From: Isurus oxyrinchus
Taxonomy: Eukaryota
Assembly: GCA_026770705.1 (NCBI GenBank)
Contig: JANJGN010000008.1
Span: 28,520,001 to 28,584,000, forward strand
Length of the DNA: 64,000 bases
Direction: 5' to 3'
The stretch's first letter is position 1, and the number at the start of each line of letters is the position of its first letter. Positions 1 to 11,791 of this stretch are shown piece after piece. The notes beneath the pieces are model-generated. The model was not told the DNA's origin. It was given only the letters and a program-made list of their open reading frames with translations, and did not search any database. Position numbers and translations under genes: made by a program.

Positions 1-159
1 CGGCGTTTAGACCACTCATCCATTAAAGGGCCTGATAAAGAAAGGTTATCATGCAAATATTTAAGATAGGAATATAAAAAAGATACACCTGGAACCCACG
101 TTAAGCTCTGTAAACCCACGTATAGGTTCCAGCTTGTGAAAGACAAAATTAGGATTTTT

Positions 160-882
160 GGGCTAAATCTTCTAGACCCACTGGTCTGGGATGGTAAAGT
201 GCTGGCAAAAAGACAGGGGAAGCTGGGGAGTCCGACATCATCCCGCCACCATGCCATGTTGCTATGTGGATGATAATTTGCAGCTCGGATCCCCACCAGG
301 CAGCCAATTGAACCATTTAAGTGGCCAATTAAGGGCCATTTCCCATCCCCCATGACATTTTGCCCATATTGGGAAGCTGCCGCTGCATGGGGAGACCACC
401 AAGTAAACTCTGGCGGCCCCCCGTGGATTCTGGGAGGACAGTCCTCCTTCATAGGTGTTCCATGGCCCATGGAGGGGCCCTTTGGCGGCAATACCTGCCC
501 CTTCAGCAATGGCCACACCATTGCACCATGACCCCCATCCCCAAGCTCCCTCCCCCCCACCCTATTTTTTTACTGGAGCCTGCCTGCCTGGCCCCCTCTT
601 ACCCCAACCAAACTTAACTCTCCTTGAGGGTGTCTGTCTCCCTGGTGTTGCAGCCTCAGCAATGGTCACCACTAATGATGGAGCTACTGAAGATGCTGAG
701 CTGCTGGCCCTCTGATTGGGGGTGAGGTGACGATGGGCTCTTTATTGGTCACCGCTGGCTGTAAGCCGTCTCCAGTCCTATCGTGGCAGGGTTGCCTCCC
801 GCTTTCGTCCCCAACAGCAGGACTGATCCAGATAATAAAATAAATAAATAAAACTGATCAGATAAGCGGAAAAGTTCAACCC
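160..882. mobile_element. GC-rich non-autonomous DNA element (MITE family B, probably Harbinger-type)
   Basis: Imperfect TIRs gggctaaatctt...aaagttcaaccc; internal ccaattaagggcc...cattt block shared with 6040-6420 and 10972-11420. Confidence 0.5.
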
Positions 883-1769
883 ATTGTCAGAAAGCTCTTC
901 ATGCAAACTGCTCAAGACATGGAGGTGAAATCACCCCAGGAACAGTTTGATGCTCTGATAGAAGAACTATATTTACCCTTGATGGTTAAGTTGAGATGAA
1001 GTATTTCAACCAATGGAAGGGCCCAATGAGAACCCAAAAGCTGAAGACATTTAGTGATTAAAGCTGAGCACAGAATAATCAGGATGCCATACATGTCGAA
1101 GATTCTTGTTACTGTAAAAGGATTCATTAACTGTCAGTATTTAAAATATTTACCATTAGTGTGTCAGGCTGGGGAAATTACTTTAATGATTTGGTACAGT
1201 TTTCCACAGAATGTCATTTCTCTCTATTTCCCTGTTTTTTTTTGCTTAGCGCAGTTGTGAAGGATCTGGGGCCCAATTAGTTCCCACCCAGTTAATTTTA
1301 TTACCATTTGGCACAGGGAAGTAATAAGATCTGACGTTCTTAGAAAAACAGAAAAAAATTGTAGATCATTAACAAACCTCACAAGAAATATTAAAAGAAA
1401 TTAAGTTAATTGCTCCTGCCTGTTTATGTTTTATTATTTTTTAAACAAATATATTCTTATCATTATATATAGCTGTGTAGATGGTACAGTAGAGGACTAA
1501 TTATAAATGATCATGGGGCTCTGGACCAGTTAGGAATTTCCTTTTGCAGAATAAGATGGCCATCAGTGAGAGGCACTGGAATGTAAGTTTTTATGCAGTT
1601 AAGAGTGTAAATAAAGCTTGAGAAAAGCATGTTGTATATTCGAGCAGTACTCGAATGTTAAGCTTGATTGCAATATACATGTGCTGCAAGACCAGCACTG
1701 CAGTGGAATTTAATGAGCAAGCTGTTTCCAGTTGTTCCAGGAACTGAGTCTGACCAAACAGTCCCTAAC

Positions 1770-2295
1770 TCTTACACTCTAGGAAGGATGTGAAGGCAAT
1801 AGAGAAGGTGTGGAAAATATTTGCAAGCATGGTTCCAGCGATGAGGAACTTCAGTTACATGGATAGATTGGAGAAGCTGGGGCTCTTCTTCTTAGAGAAT
1901 AGAAGGTTGAGAGGAGATTTGATAGAGATGTTCAAAATAATGAGGGGTCTCGACAGAGTAGATAGGGGAAAACTGTTCCTGTTGAGGGAAGGGTCGAGAA
2001 GCAGAGGACACCGATTTAAGGTGATTGGCAGAAGAAGCAACACTGACATGAGGAAAAACATTTTCATGCAGCCCTTGATTAGGATCTGGAATGTACAGCC
2101 TGAGTGTGCAGTGGAGGCAAATTCATTCAAGGCTTTCAAAAGAGAATTTGATCATTATTAGAAGAGAAAAGCATTGTAGAGCTACTGGGAATAAGCAGGA
2201 GAATGGGACTAGTTGGATTGCTTTTGCAGAGAGCCGGCATGGATATGATGGGCTAAATGGTCTCCTCCTGTGCTACAACCATTCTATGATTCTAC
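1770..2295 (+). mobile_element. CR1 LINE 3' fragment
   Basis: YMDRLEKLGLFFLENRRLRGDLIEMFKIM...RGHRFKV (CR1 ORF2 C-terminus); tail ends attctatgattcta. Confidence 0.85.
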
Positions 2296-2869
2296 ATCTG
2301 TGACAGCAAGGTACATGCACAATGTAGAATATTGTAGTAAACTTAAATTCTCATTTCTTAACCTGAGGTTGAAAACTAACCTTTATGCTTTAAAATAGTC
2401 CATGCAACAGTTGGGCCATTTGGTTGTGGACATCTCTTTGAAGGTGCAAATCAAAACTTTGTACCCAGCAGCTGGATTATAACAGCGTGACAGCTACAGG
2501 CTAACATTTATGCAAAACAATTTTTAAAATATTAGCATCTGAACTTTTATCACAGTATGAGTCTTCTATCCAGCACAGTTTGGTTGTGATTTTAACATTG
2601 CCACTTGCTGTGTTTTATTAATGCACAGTATTGGAATATCATCCCACCATTACCTCCTGACACTGCTTATCTGTGCCACCTCGTGAAAAATTACTTCCCA
2701 CTTTTCAGAATGCTGGGCCCCAGAAATAATCTTATTTTTTTAATCAATATAAAAGTATGTTCCATCCTGTGAAACGGTTATTGAACAATTTATTGTACAC
2801 TACAGGCTTTCTCAGCTGTTTACTCATGGATGACCCAATAACTCTCAGAAAAATCCTTGAAGTCGGATA

Positions 2870-3080
2870 GAATCATAAAATTATACAACACAAAAAGAGG
2901 CCATTCAACCCATCATGTCTATGCTAGTTCTTTAAAAGAGCTATCCAGTTTTTGTCACTCCCTTGCTCTTTCCCCATAGCCCTGCAGATTTTTCCCTTCA
3001 AGTATTTATCCAATTTGCTGCAGAACATTGCTATTGAATCTGCTTTTACTGCCCTTCCAGATCATAATAACCCACTAGGT
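2870..3080 (-). mobile_element. CR1 LINE 3' UTR fragment
   Basis: Begins atagaatcata (reverse complement of the CR1 tail), followed by aggccattcaaccc typical of the CR1 3' UTR. Confidence 0.6.
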
Positions 3081-3259
3081 AAAAATGATGTCCCTGCAGG
3101 TCGCCTCTGTCCCCTTTGGCAGAAAGGTGGAAAGACTAATTCCCAGAGAGGGAAATAGAAGAACAGAGGGCGAGCTAACCTATACCAATCTCATTAAGCT
3201 CCCAGCAACTCGTTCAAAAGCAGAGGGCTCAGAAGGATTGCTTGCCCAATATCTTGCTC

Positions 3260-3285
3260 GAGAGAGAGAGAGAGAGAGAGAGAGA
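3260..3285. repeat. (GA)n microsatellite
   Basis: Perfect GA dinucleotide run. Confidence 0.9.
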
Positions 3286-4996
3286 ACTAGACAGCGAGAT
3301 TCAGAGATGTGCATAGAGAGGGAGAACCTAAAGGAGGGTAAGGAACGAATCAGTAAATAGGGTAGGGACAAGAATACACATTACTCACTTAAGATCACAA
3401 AAAATTCAGTACTTGTTTTTTGTCTCAATAACACTGCTTTTCTGAATGCCTTTCATGGTATCTGGTGAAACCCTGAATATCCACTGACTCATTTGTTAGT
3501 TAACATCAGTTATAGTGAAAGAGTATGATTGTTAAAATGAACAAGACCTTGACTTCTACAGTGTACAATCATAGAAGGAAGGTAAAGACGAAGCTTGGGA
3601 ATGAAGAGTGGTGCTTTTGAAATACAATTGAGTTTTTCCATTACATGTGGGATTACATCAGGCTTCCAGGTTTCAACTTTATTTTTGAAGGACAAAGCTG
3701 GTGGTAGGATGTCTGTAATTGCTTTGGTAAATTCCATAAAACAGAGGTGCAATAACCACACTTTTATCTCAAAATCCCACCCAAAAATTTACAGTTTGAA
3801 AAGAGGTCTGTAATTTCAAAACAAAAAAAAAAATCTGCATGTCAGCTACCATACAGCAGGGAGGATAGCCAACACAACAAGGAGACAAAATGTTCAATTG
3901 CTGGTTGCTAGGTAGCATGTTTGCTGCTGGGAATGAGAGGTAAAGACTGGAGATCGGTATACGCTGTTTATGTTCCTTGATATTAGTGACTTTCTTGCAT
4001 TCAAAGCTCTTGGGGACCTCTTATGATGAAACTGTGTGAGCAATTAGACATTAAACTAGATACAAACTAATTTCTCTAATATAGCAAATAACAGCAACTA
4101 CCTGTGAGTAATTTGTTTATGTTTTGTTTTCTTAATTTGTTGCTTTTTCCATCAACGTTCATTTTATTTGAAGAAAATTACAGCACAAGTAGGGTAATGG
4201 AGGAATGTAACCTCGTTAACTTTATCTGGATGGCGATTGCACTTATCATTCACTATTGAAAGAGCATGGTATTTGTGAGATCCCATTTTATTTTGCTCTT
4301 AAACCTAATATTCTGAGACCCAATAATTTTACCTGATTACAGAAGAGCAATAGTGAAAAAAGATCAAAAGCAGTGATGATATTGGCAAACGCTGAAGTAA
4401 AATCCATGCATATTTAAGATCTAAAAATGCCAGTATCTGACAGAGGATAATGGGCAATAATCCAATGTGATTAACAAACTAATTCAGCTTTACAGTTCTG
4501 GATCATCATACCATCTGAACCTCTCATTTCAATTACTTGCTGGTAATCAGCTCCTATCCCTCCCTGTATCCTACATGTAATATACGTGATACGCTACAGT
4601 CTATATCATGCAGTGAAATTAAAACCAAGAGCATTTCATTTCAAATCACATGATACGCCAACACATCAATTCCAGTTTATCATTGGCCACCAAGTCTTGC
4701 CACAACCAGTGTAGGCCTCTCCGCCACAAATTCCAGCAATGTGTATTATAGATAATTTCAGACTTCAGCATGCAGCAAGGACACAAGACACCTCAGTATT
4801 GAGCCAAAATTGATAAGCTGTTCAATCTTCACATTTGGGGTTCTGTCAGTTTATCTGAACCCTCCAAAGTGTAACTGCCCTTTACCGCATCATCATTTCT
4901 TATCATCATCAAAAGCAAAGGAACAGAGGAAACGGTTGACAACCAAGATTCATAGCGAAATGTGAAGAAACAAAGACGGCAGCTGAATATCACAGA

Positions 4997-5670
4997 GGGC
5001 AGAATTTTACATCCCATGGGCGGGAGCACGCCCAACCGAATTGCGTGTAAAATCACGCGAGATGACATCGGGTGAGCATCACGATCTCCTCGCGTGATAT
5101 TTCGCTCGGTGGGCGCGCGCAAAAGTCGGATGCGCGCCCGCCGACAATTAAGCAAGCAATTAATGGCGCAATTGTCTGTGATTTTTTTTTTGTGTCCCAT
5201 CCAACCTTACGGTTGGCAGATGGGCAAATCGGCCAGGCGGCCTTTACATTTTTCATCAAACCTCATCCAGGGGTGGGATGAAATCATGAAATAAAATAAA
5301 AAGAAATATCTGTGAACAGCAGTTTTATGAGGTATGTTTTCGGGTGCTTGATGATGATGCATGGACATTTTTCTGCAGCTTTTTACGCCTTTATTTCATC
5401 ACTTGCTGGTCCGCGGCTCCCTGAGGCAGCTGTCTGCCTTCAGGGAGCTCTCTCACAGCGCTCACCCTGCGCCCACAATGATGTCGGTCGCCCGTCCTCT
5501 TCCGGCCCCCACTCTGGCAGTGCTGAACTTTTCAGCATGCCTTTCACGCTAGCTGCCCGTTAATTGGCCAACCAGCATGGAATTGCAGTCGGGCGACGGT
5601 CGAGGGTCCATTTCCCGGCTGCTCCCAGGCCGGTCGATCACACGCGCCTGACCACCAAAAAATTCAGACC
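4997..5670 (+). mobile_element. ~670-bp CpG-rich MITE (family A, PIF/Harbinger-type)
   Basis: TIR gggcagaatttt...aaaattcagacc, 3-bp TSD AGA on both sides; homologous copies at 35127, 45860, 51020 and 62565. Confidence 0.75.
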
Positions 5671-6034
5671 AGACAGTAATTCAATCTCAAGGCTCAAATG
5701 ACCAATAAATGAGATTGGGGCCTGAAGCCGCGAATTGAACTGCCATTGTAACCAACTGACAGCCATTCAATATTCACTCGTAGGGTATATAACAGTTAAA
5801 ATAAAATTTCAATTTCCACATTATCAAAAATACTTAAGCTGACCTTCTAGGGTCACTAGAAAAACAAAACTGCTCCTTTGATTCACTGCGGTTTAGGGTT
5901 CAGTACTTTTCAGTTGGAAATCTAATGCAATTAGAATACAATTAGAACAGCCTTAATATTATGAAATCATACCTCCATTTTGAGGTAGCCATTCTTGGGA
6001 ATTATCTAGCCAGTCTCACAATTGAAAATATAGA

Positions 6035-6418
6035 CTGGGATCTTTCAGGCACGGTGACCCTGCTTTGGTGAGGGTGGGGCCTAGGACCTTATATTACCGT
6101 GGGTCAAAAAGGGTAAGCCCCCTTTCTCAGCTTCCAACCCAGGAGCTTGCTGGGAGGCTGCCAGGGTTTACCTGGTGATCTCCCCATGTGGCAGTAGGCC
6201 CCTTCCAGCTGCTGGTAAAATGCCAGCAGAGACAGGAAGAGGCCTTTAATTGGCCAATGAAGTGGCTCAATGAGCTCCGGGCAGACAAGCCACCTGCCAC
6301 CTTTGCCACTGGCAAAATGGCATGGCAGTGTGAAGATTTCAGGCACACCACCTGACACCTTCCCATGACATTCCTGCCTCCGAGTGCATTCCCAAAGGCC
6401 CAATAAAACTTCGCCTTC
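6035..6418 (-). mobile_element. MITE family B fragment
   Basis: gctgctggtaaaatgccagcagagacaggaagaggcctttaattggcc is the reverse complement of the block at ~11160-11215. Confidence 0.5.
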
Positions 6419-9054
6419 AGTCTGTCATAGTATCCCTGGCATTTATAACTCTAACCTTGTTTTGTCCAACATATTTAAAAAGGCTCCATGTTCACTTGTT
6501 TGATCAATATCCTTTGCACAGAGGGCTGATCTGTAACTAAATTAATTATAAGTGAACGTCATTGTGTTTTTATCCTCCATTTTGATTTTTCCTTGCAATC
6601 TTCGCCTCCTGCTCAAATGAATTTTTCCATGAAACACAGCCTCTCTTTAGAATGTATCCAGGAGATGTGGCATGTTTGCTCCAAAATGCAATTTGGCGTT
6701 AGGGCACATATCAGCCATCATGTCATTGAATAGCAGAACAGGCTGGAGGGGCTAAGTGGTCCAATCGTGTTTCTAAGAATAGCAACGAGTAGAAGCCAGC
6801 TGTTTAGTTATTCAGCAATATCATGGTTAATACCATTGACTCATCATTCTTTTTCCAAGTTTCAGATTCCCTTCCCACCATTCTCTGCCCCTAGCTTTGC
6901 CTGTCCTGCTTCATGGTTCAGGTTCTTTATTGCCACTTACGCATGTGATGCCCTTTTGCCAACTTCAAACTTCTGACCCTGATGCAAAATCTATTTTGAA
7001 AGGTTCTTTCACTCATCAGCTGTGGCACAATGGTTTACAGTTGCCTGAATTTAGCAACAAATTTATTAGAGAACTATTACACCTTAAAATCACAAAGTAT
7101 TATATACATGGATGTATTATACTGCCAGACTCGAGTTCTTAACCTGTACAAGTTGAGAATGGGATTCAAACATGTGGATCTTTGTCCATTCAGCCCTCGA
7201 ATAGGAAATAGAGATAAGTCCTGGTCAGGGCGAGCTCACCCTTTAATCAGGGATTTTAGCTGAGACCCATCGAGAGTAGAGTCCAACCTTCAATGAGGGA
7301 TTTCAGATGATATTACAATACATTATTTGTTGTTCACTTACTGGTTGGTCACACTGGTTGCCAACTAGAACACAAGTAATACCTGCCTGGTGAAGAGATC
7401 ATTAATGACCTTCCAACTCATTCCACTTGTTTTGGAGCCTAAACCAGGGCTTATCTGGAGAGAAATTGAAGCTTGGACCAGGAATTTCAACTCTGGCCTT
7501 TCTAGATCCGACTTTCAGCAAAGGATTGAAGCCTGCGTCCATCTAGACAGCGATTTCTTGTTCTGATGATCTCAGAGCCCCCAAGTAGGAGACTGATGCT
7601 TGGCCTGCAGTTAGAGTGCTGCTGCTGTGTTTGACAGTTTTCTTGGAAATGAATGCCCGAGGTTACAGGAGCCAAAAAAAAAATCCAGGAAGTGAAAAGC
7701 TTCCAGTCTGTAATAAAGTAAAATTTACATTGTGAAATGGCACAATTACTCACCCATAGTGTTTTCAATTATTACCTCATTTCTGACATAGCGATTACAA
7801 AATGATGGACTATCCAGCTTTTTACTCCAAGGAATTCATTACTGCTCAAACGTCCTCTTCTCCCAAATTAACTTTTTATGAGTAGAGCTAACTAATCATT
7901 TTTAAGCAGGGTGTTTGGTTATTTTATTCTTTGAAATATGTACTTCTTCAAAACGAGTGCAAAAGAGCACCATGATTCTGAACATGTCTGTTAATTATTT
8001 CCTTTGGGTGCCGTGAATAGAAAGGTGTAAATATTGAGGTCCCAAAATTGTACTTGCATTTGTCACTTCGAGATTTAACTAATTTTGCCTTTTAATTACC
8101 TGAACATTACGGGGCATGAACCCATGTAGAGTTCATCATGTCTCTGATCCATGGTAAGTAGTTCCTTTATTATAAAATTGTTATGATGACACGTCAGTCC
8201 TTTTTTCAACATATTGTTTAATAAGTTAAGGTGAATCAGTCCTGAGTCTTGGACAGGGTGATGGTGTGTATATATTATGGAAGCAATTCCTGTTGGACTT
8301 CTGGTTCGAATATGAGGCAGCTGTACCATTACCCTACCCCAGTCCTATGTCTCACTGCTTCCTTACAGATTAAAGAACCGTAGGCATCCTGACTTTCCAT
8401 TGCCTGGACCCATTCCTGTAAGACCCCAATTTATGACTATCTTCATTTTCTTTGTGGGAGTTTATCCTGGGTGTATTGGGATGGTGGAGGGGGAAGAGAA
8501 ATGCTTTGGAGACAATCGTACCCTATCTTGTGTATGAGGGGAAGAGATGAGACACTGGAAGCGAAGTTCAATAGACCCCTGAAAGCAGGTACAAGGATCA
8601 GGACGCGCAATTAACCCATGGCTGTTGCTTCTGAAGCAGGCAGAATGCCACACGCCAACTTTGTGCTGGTTAACATGACTGAAGCATGCAGCCAATCCTA
8701 ACCACACAACTGAATGTCAGCAGGGGGCCCAAAATTGTGAGGGATTAGCACCAGTTAAAGCTAGCTGGCGCTGCTTCCTCTTGAAGACAAAGTGCATTGT
8801 GGCTGGAGCAGATGCTAGAAGTCATTCTGCAACTGATTCTGACCTGGGAAAGACAGCAGGATGGCAGAATATAGAAGAGAGCATGAGGAGGGGCAGTGAT
8901 TCCATGGAGCATGAACCTGTCATCCTCTCTCAAGATGACAGCCTTCATCCTCCCAGCACTGCCGTTCTTGCCAGGCCCTGATTGCTATCGTCAATGTCAA
9001 GGTCTGAGGTCCCTCACCTTCCACCAACAGATCTTCTCATGCTCATCCTATAAG

Positions 9055-9668
9055 ACAGTTGTTTATTGCAATAGGAATGAAATATAAAAGTAGGGAAATT
9101 TAGCTACTATTGTACTGGGCAATGGTGAGACCACATCTGGAGCACTGTGCACAGTTTAGGACTTCTTACTTAAGAAAGGATATCATTGCATTAAAAGCAG
9201 TTCAGAGATCTGGATTTTCTTATGAGGAAAGGTTGGACAGGCTGGGCCTGCGTCCTTTGGAGTTTAGAAGAATGAGAGCTGATCTTATTGAAACATATAA
9301 GATTCTGAGGGGACTTGATAGATTGGATGCTGAAAGGATGTTTGATCTTGTGGACGAAATTAGAGCTAGGAGACACACTTTAAAAATAAGGGTTCTCTTT
9401 AAGATGGAGATGAGGAGAAATATTTTTTCTCAGAGGTTTGTTAGTCTGTGAAACTCTCTTTCCCAGAGTGGTGGAGGTGGGGTCATTGAATATTTTTAAG
9501 GTTGAGTTAGATAGATTTTTGATTGGCAAGAGAGTCAAAGGGTATAAGGAGTGGGCAGGAAAATAGAGTTGAGACCACAATCAGATCACCCATGATCTTA
9601 TCAAATGGCGGAGCAGGGTCATGGGGCTGAATGGCTTATTCTGCTCCTAATTCATATGTTTGTATGTA
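9055..9668 (+). mobile_element. CR1 LINE 3' fragment
   Basis: LYWAMVRPHLEHCAQF...YEERLDRLGLRPLEFRRMRADLIETYKIL followed by a CR1-type 3' UTR. Confidence 0.85.
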
Positions 9669-9989
9669 AGTTCATATTCTGTAGCCTCCCCCATTGAAAG
9701 TCAGTGATATTCCACCAACCATGCTAAAGCCACTGGGCAGCATTGCATAGGAATACTAGGACTGGCAAAGGTGCACTGAAGATAGGCACCAAGGGAACGC
9801 ACAAGCAGTTTGGTTTAGAATGTTCATTTTCTGGTGCTTCTTTTGCATTATGACCAAGTTGACGCTTGTAGCAGAGGGAAGGCTAGCTGTGGCACTGCTG
9901 TTTCATGGGGAATTGGGGCTATGTTCACTGGTATCATACTCGGTGAATTGTCCATGGACAGCCAGGCCAGAAAAGGGCTGCCTAAGTTG

Positions 9990-10900
9990 TCCCTTCCTCC
10001 TCCTCTTCCCCTTCCTCTTGCTCCTCAGCTGCTTGCCATAAAGCTGGTGGCAATGGCAATGGCCAAATCGTGATGGCAACATTGTTCAGGGTGCAGCAAC
10101 CCATCACAAATCTTGACACCCACTCAGTCAAGTATTACAGTGAAAGCATTGTTTCAGCGCACCAATGGTCAGTTATATCACATTTCAAAGGGCAGCATGA
10201 CTTCCATTGCCTGCATTCTATGCATGGATTACATACAGGAATAATCAGGCAATAGCCTTTGTTAACCAGTAGCTACTCTTTTTTGGTTTGTCTTGTTGGC
10301 TCAAATGCAGCTGGCAAAGTGAATCATCACAGAATGAAGACATCACGACTCCTGCCAGGATATCAGGCATTGATCTGCATGATTTGCTGCCTATAGTCAA
10401 ACACCGGCTGGACATTGAGGAAGTGGAATCCCTTTCAGCTGGGGTACATCCATGAATTAGCATCTGGTGTCCACAAGTGAAAGCTATAATCTTCACAAAG
10501 CTGCATGCTTGAGCCACCTGTCACCCTCTGGCAAGAGAGAATGAAAATGTAGTTAACTCTCTTTGAATAGATAACATTAGTGACCTCTCTGCAACAATGG
10601 ACACAAACTGCGAGCTGTTGAAAAGATCTCACCTGGAAGGAGCCTGATGCACAGATGTCCGTGGCCACAGTCACCTTCACAGCCAGTGACCAATAGCATC
10701 CTCACTCTGAGGTTGCAACTGTGGCTGTGGCAGTGTCACATTTCAGTGAGCATTCTTCCTCATGGAGACTCAGGTAGGTGATTTGCCCCCAAATACCCTG
10801 GGTGGAAATGGCTTCCAGCTGAGACTGCTTCTCGCATCTGCTTCCTCCCTCTTCTAGCAGCTGGTCCTGTTTTGTTCTGCCTCTGTTCATTCTCCAAGTC
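9990..10900 (-). pseudogene. PIF/Harbinger (HARBI1-like, DDE_Tnp_4) transposase remnant
   Basis: Minus-strand pieces KVTVATDICASGSFQ..VHCCREVTNVIY, KGFHFLNVQPVFD..IMQINA*YPGRSRDVFIL, LLVNKGY, NGSHAA..TIGALKQCFH and SRFVMGCCTLNNVAI are collinear with HARBI1 motifs; many stops and frameshifts. Confidence 0.8.
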
Positions 10901-10971
10901 ATGCAGCAATTCCAAGGGGAATACCTACTACTGCACCTGTGTCTGGGAGCAACTGATTGTGCAGAAGCCTT

Positions 10972-11420
10972 GGGCTGGAATTTTATGGGGCCTCAAGGAG
11001 TGTGCTGAGATGCAGGAAGACTGGAAAATCAGGTGGTGGGTGGGTGGGGGCTCAGGGAAAGTGTTCTCTGTATTCCCATCGCTGTTGGCATTCTATCAGC
11101 AGCAGAGAAGATTGCGGTTGGCCCCCTGTTCAAAGACCAATTGACACCCTCAGGTGACCAATTAATGGCTACTTAAGGGCCTCTTCCTGCTGCTGCTGGC
11201 ATTTTACCAGCAGTGGGTGGGCCCTCTGCCCATTGGGGAGACGGAACCCTGGCAGCCTCTCCACAGGCTTGGCAGGGAGAGTCCTCCTGTTCAGGCATTC
11301 TGTGGCTCCACCGGAACGTACCCCCACCCTTATCAACCACCCTCCACCCAGACTTGAAGTCAGGACAAAGCCCTTCAGTACCTGCTGACCCTCTCCCTGT
11401 GGACTTTAGCAACTTTAAAT
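10972..11420 (+). mobile_element. MITE family B copy
   Basis: Starts gggctggaatttt; internal homology to 160-882 and 6035-6418; right end uncertain. Confidence 0.5.
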
Positions 11421-11791
11421 AACTGTAGAAATCTCCAAACACTTATACAATATTCATAACAGCCAACTAACTTGAAAGTGGTTGATGATCCCTTTAAATG
11501 GCACAGGTGGAGTGCCCTACCTGCTGTTGAACACACACTTAACTGTGTGAATGAGAGATAAAGTTAGCTGGAGCATTGAGCTCCAAAATCACAGCTCTGT
11601 TGCAAACCAAAATTACAGGCTGATTGATGTTATGATCTGCCTACTCTGCTTATGCCTGGCACTCACTGCCAGTGCGTTAACACCCTCACCAATATGGCAC
11701 CTAGTGCGTCTTGCTCCTGAAGTGTGTGCGCACACTAGATGCCATTTTGGACATCTAAAGCTACCCATAACATCCAGACAACAGGAAATAT

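Noticed and set aside
1639-1655. Small hairpin ttcgag-cagta-ctcgaa
   Set aside because: A 6-bp stem is expected by chance in 64 kb; no supporting context.
7112-7317. Short TG...CA bounded segment (tgtattat...atattaca) as a solo LTR
   Set aside because: No convincing TSD and no second copy in the window.
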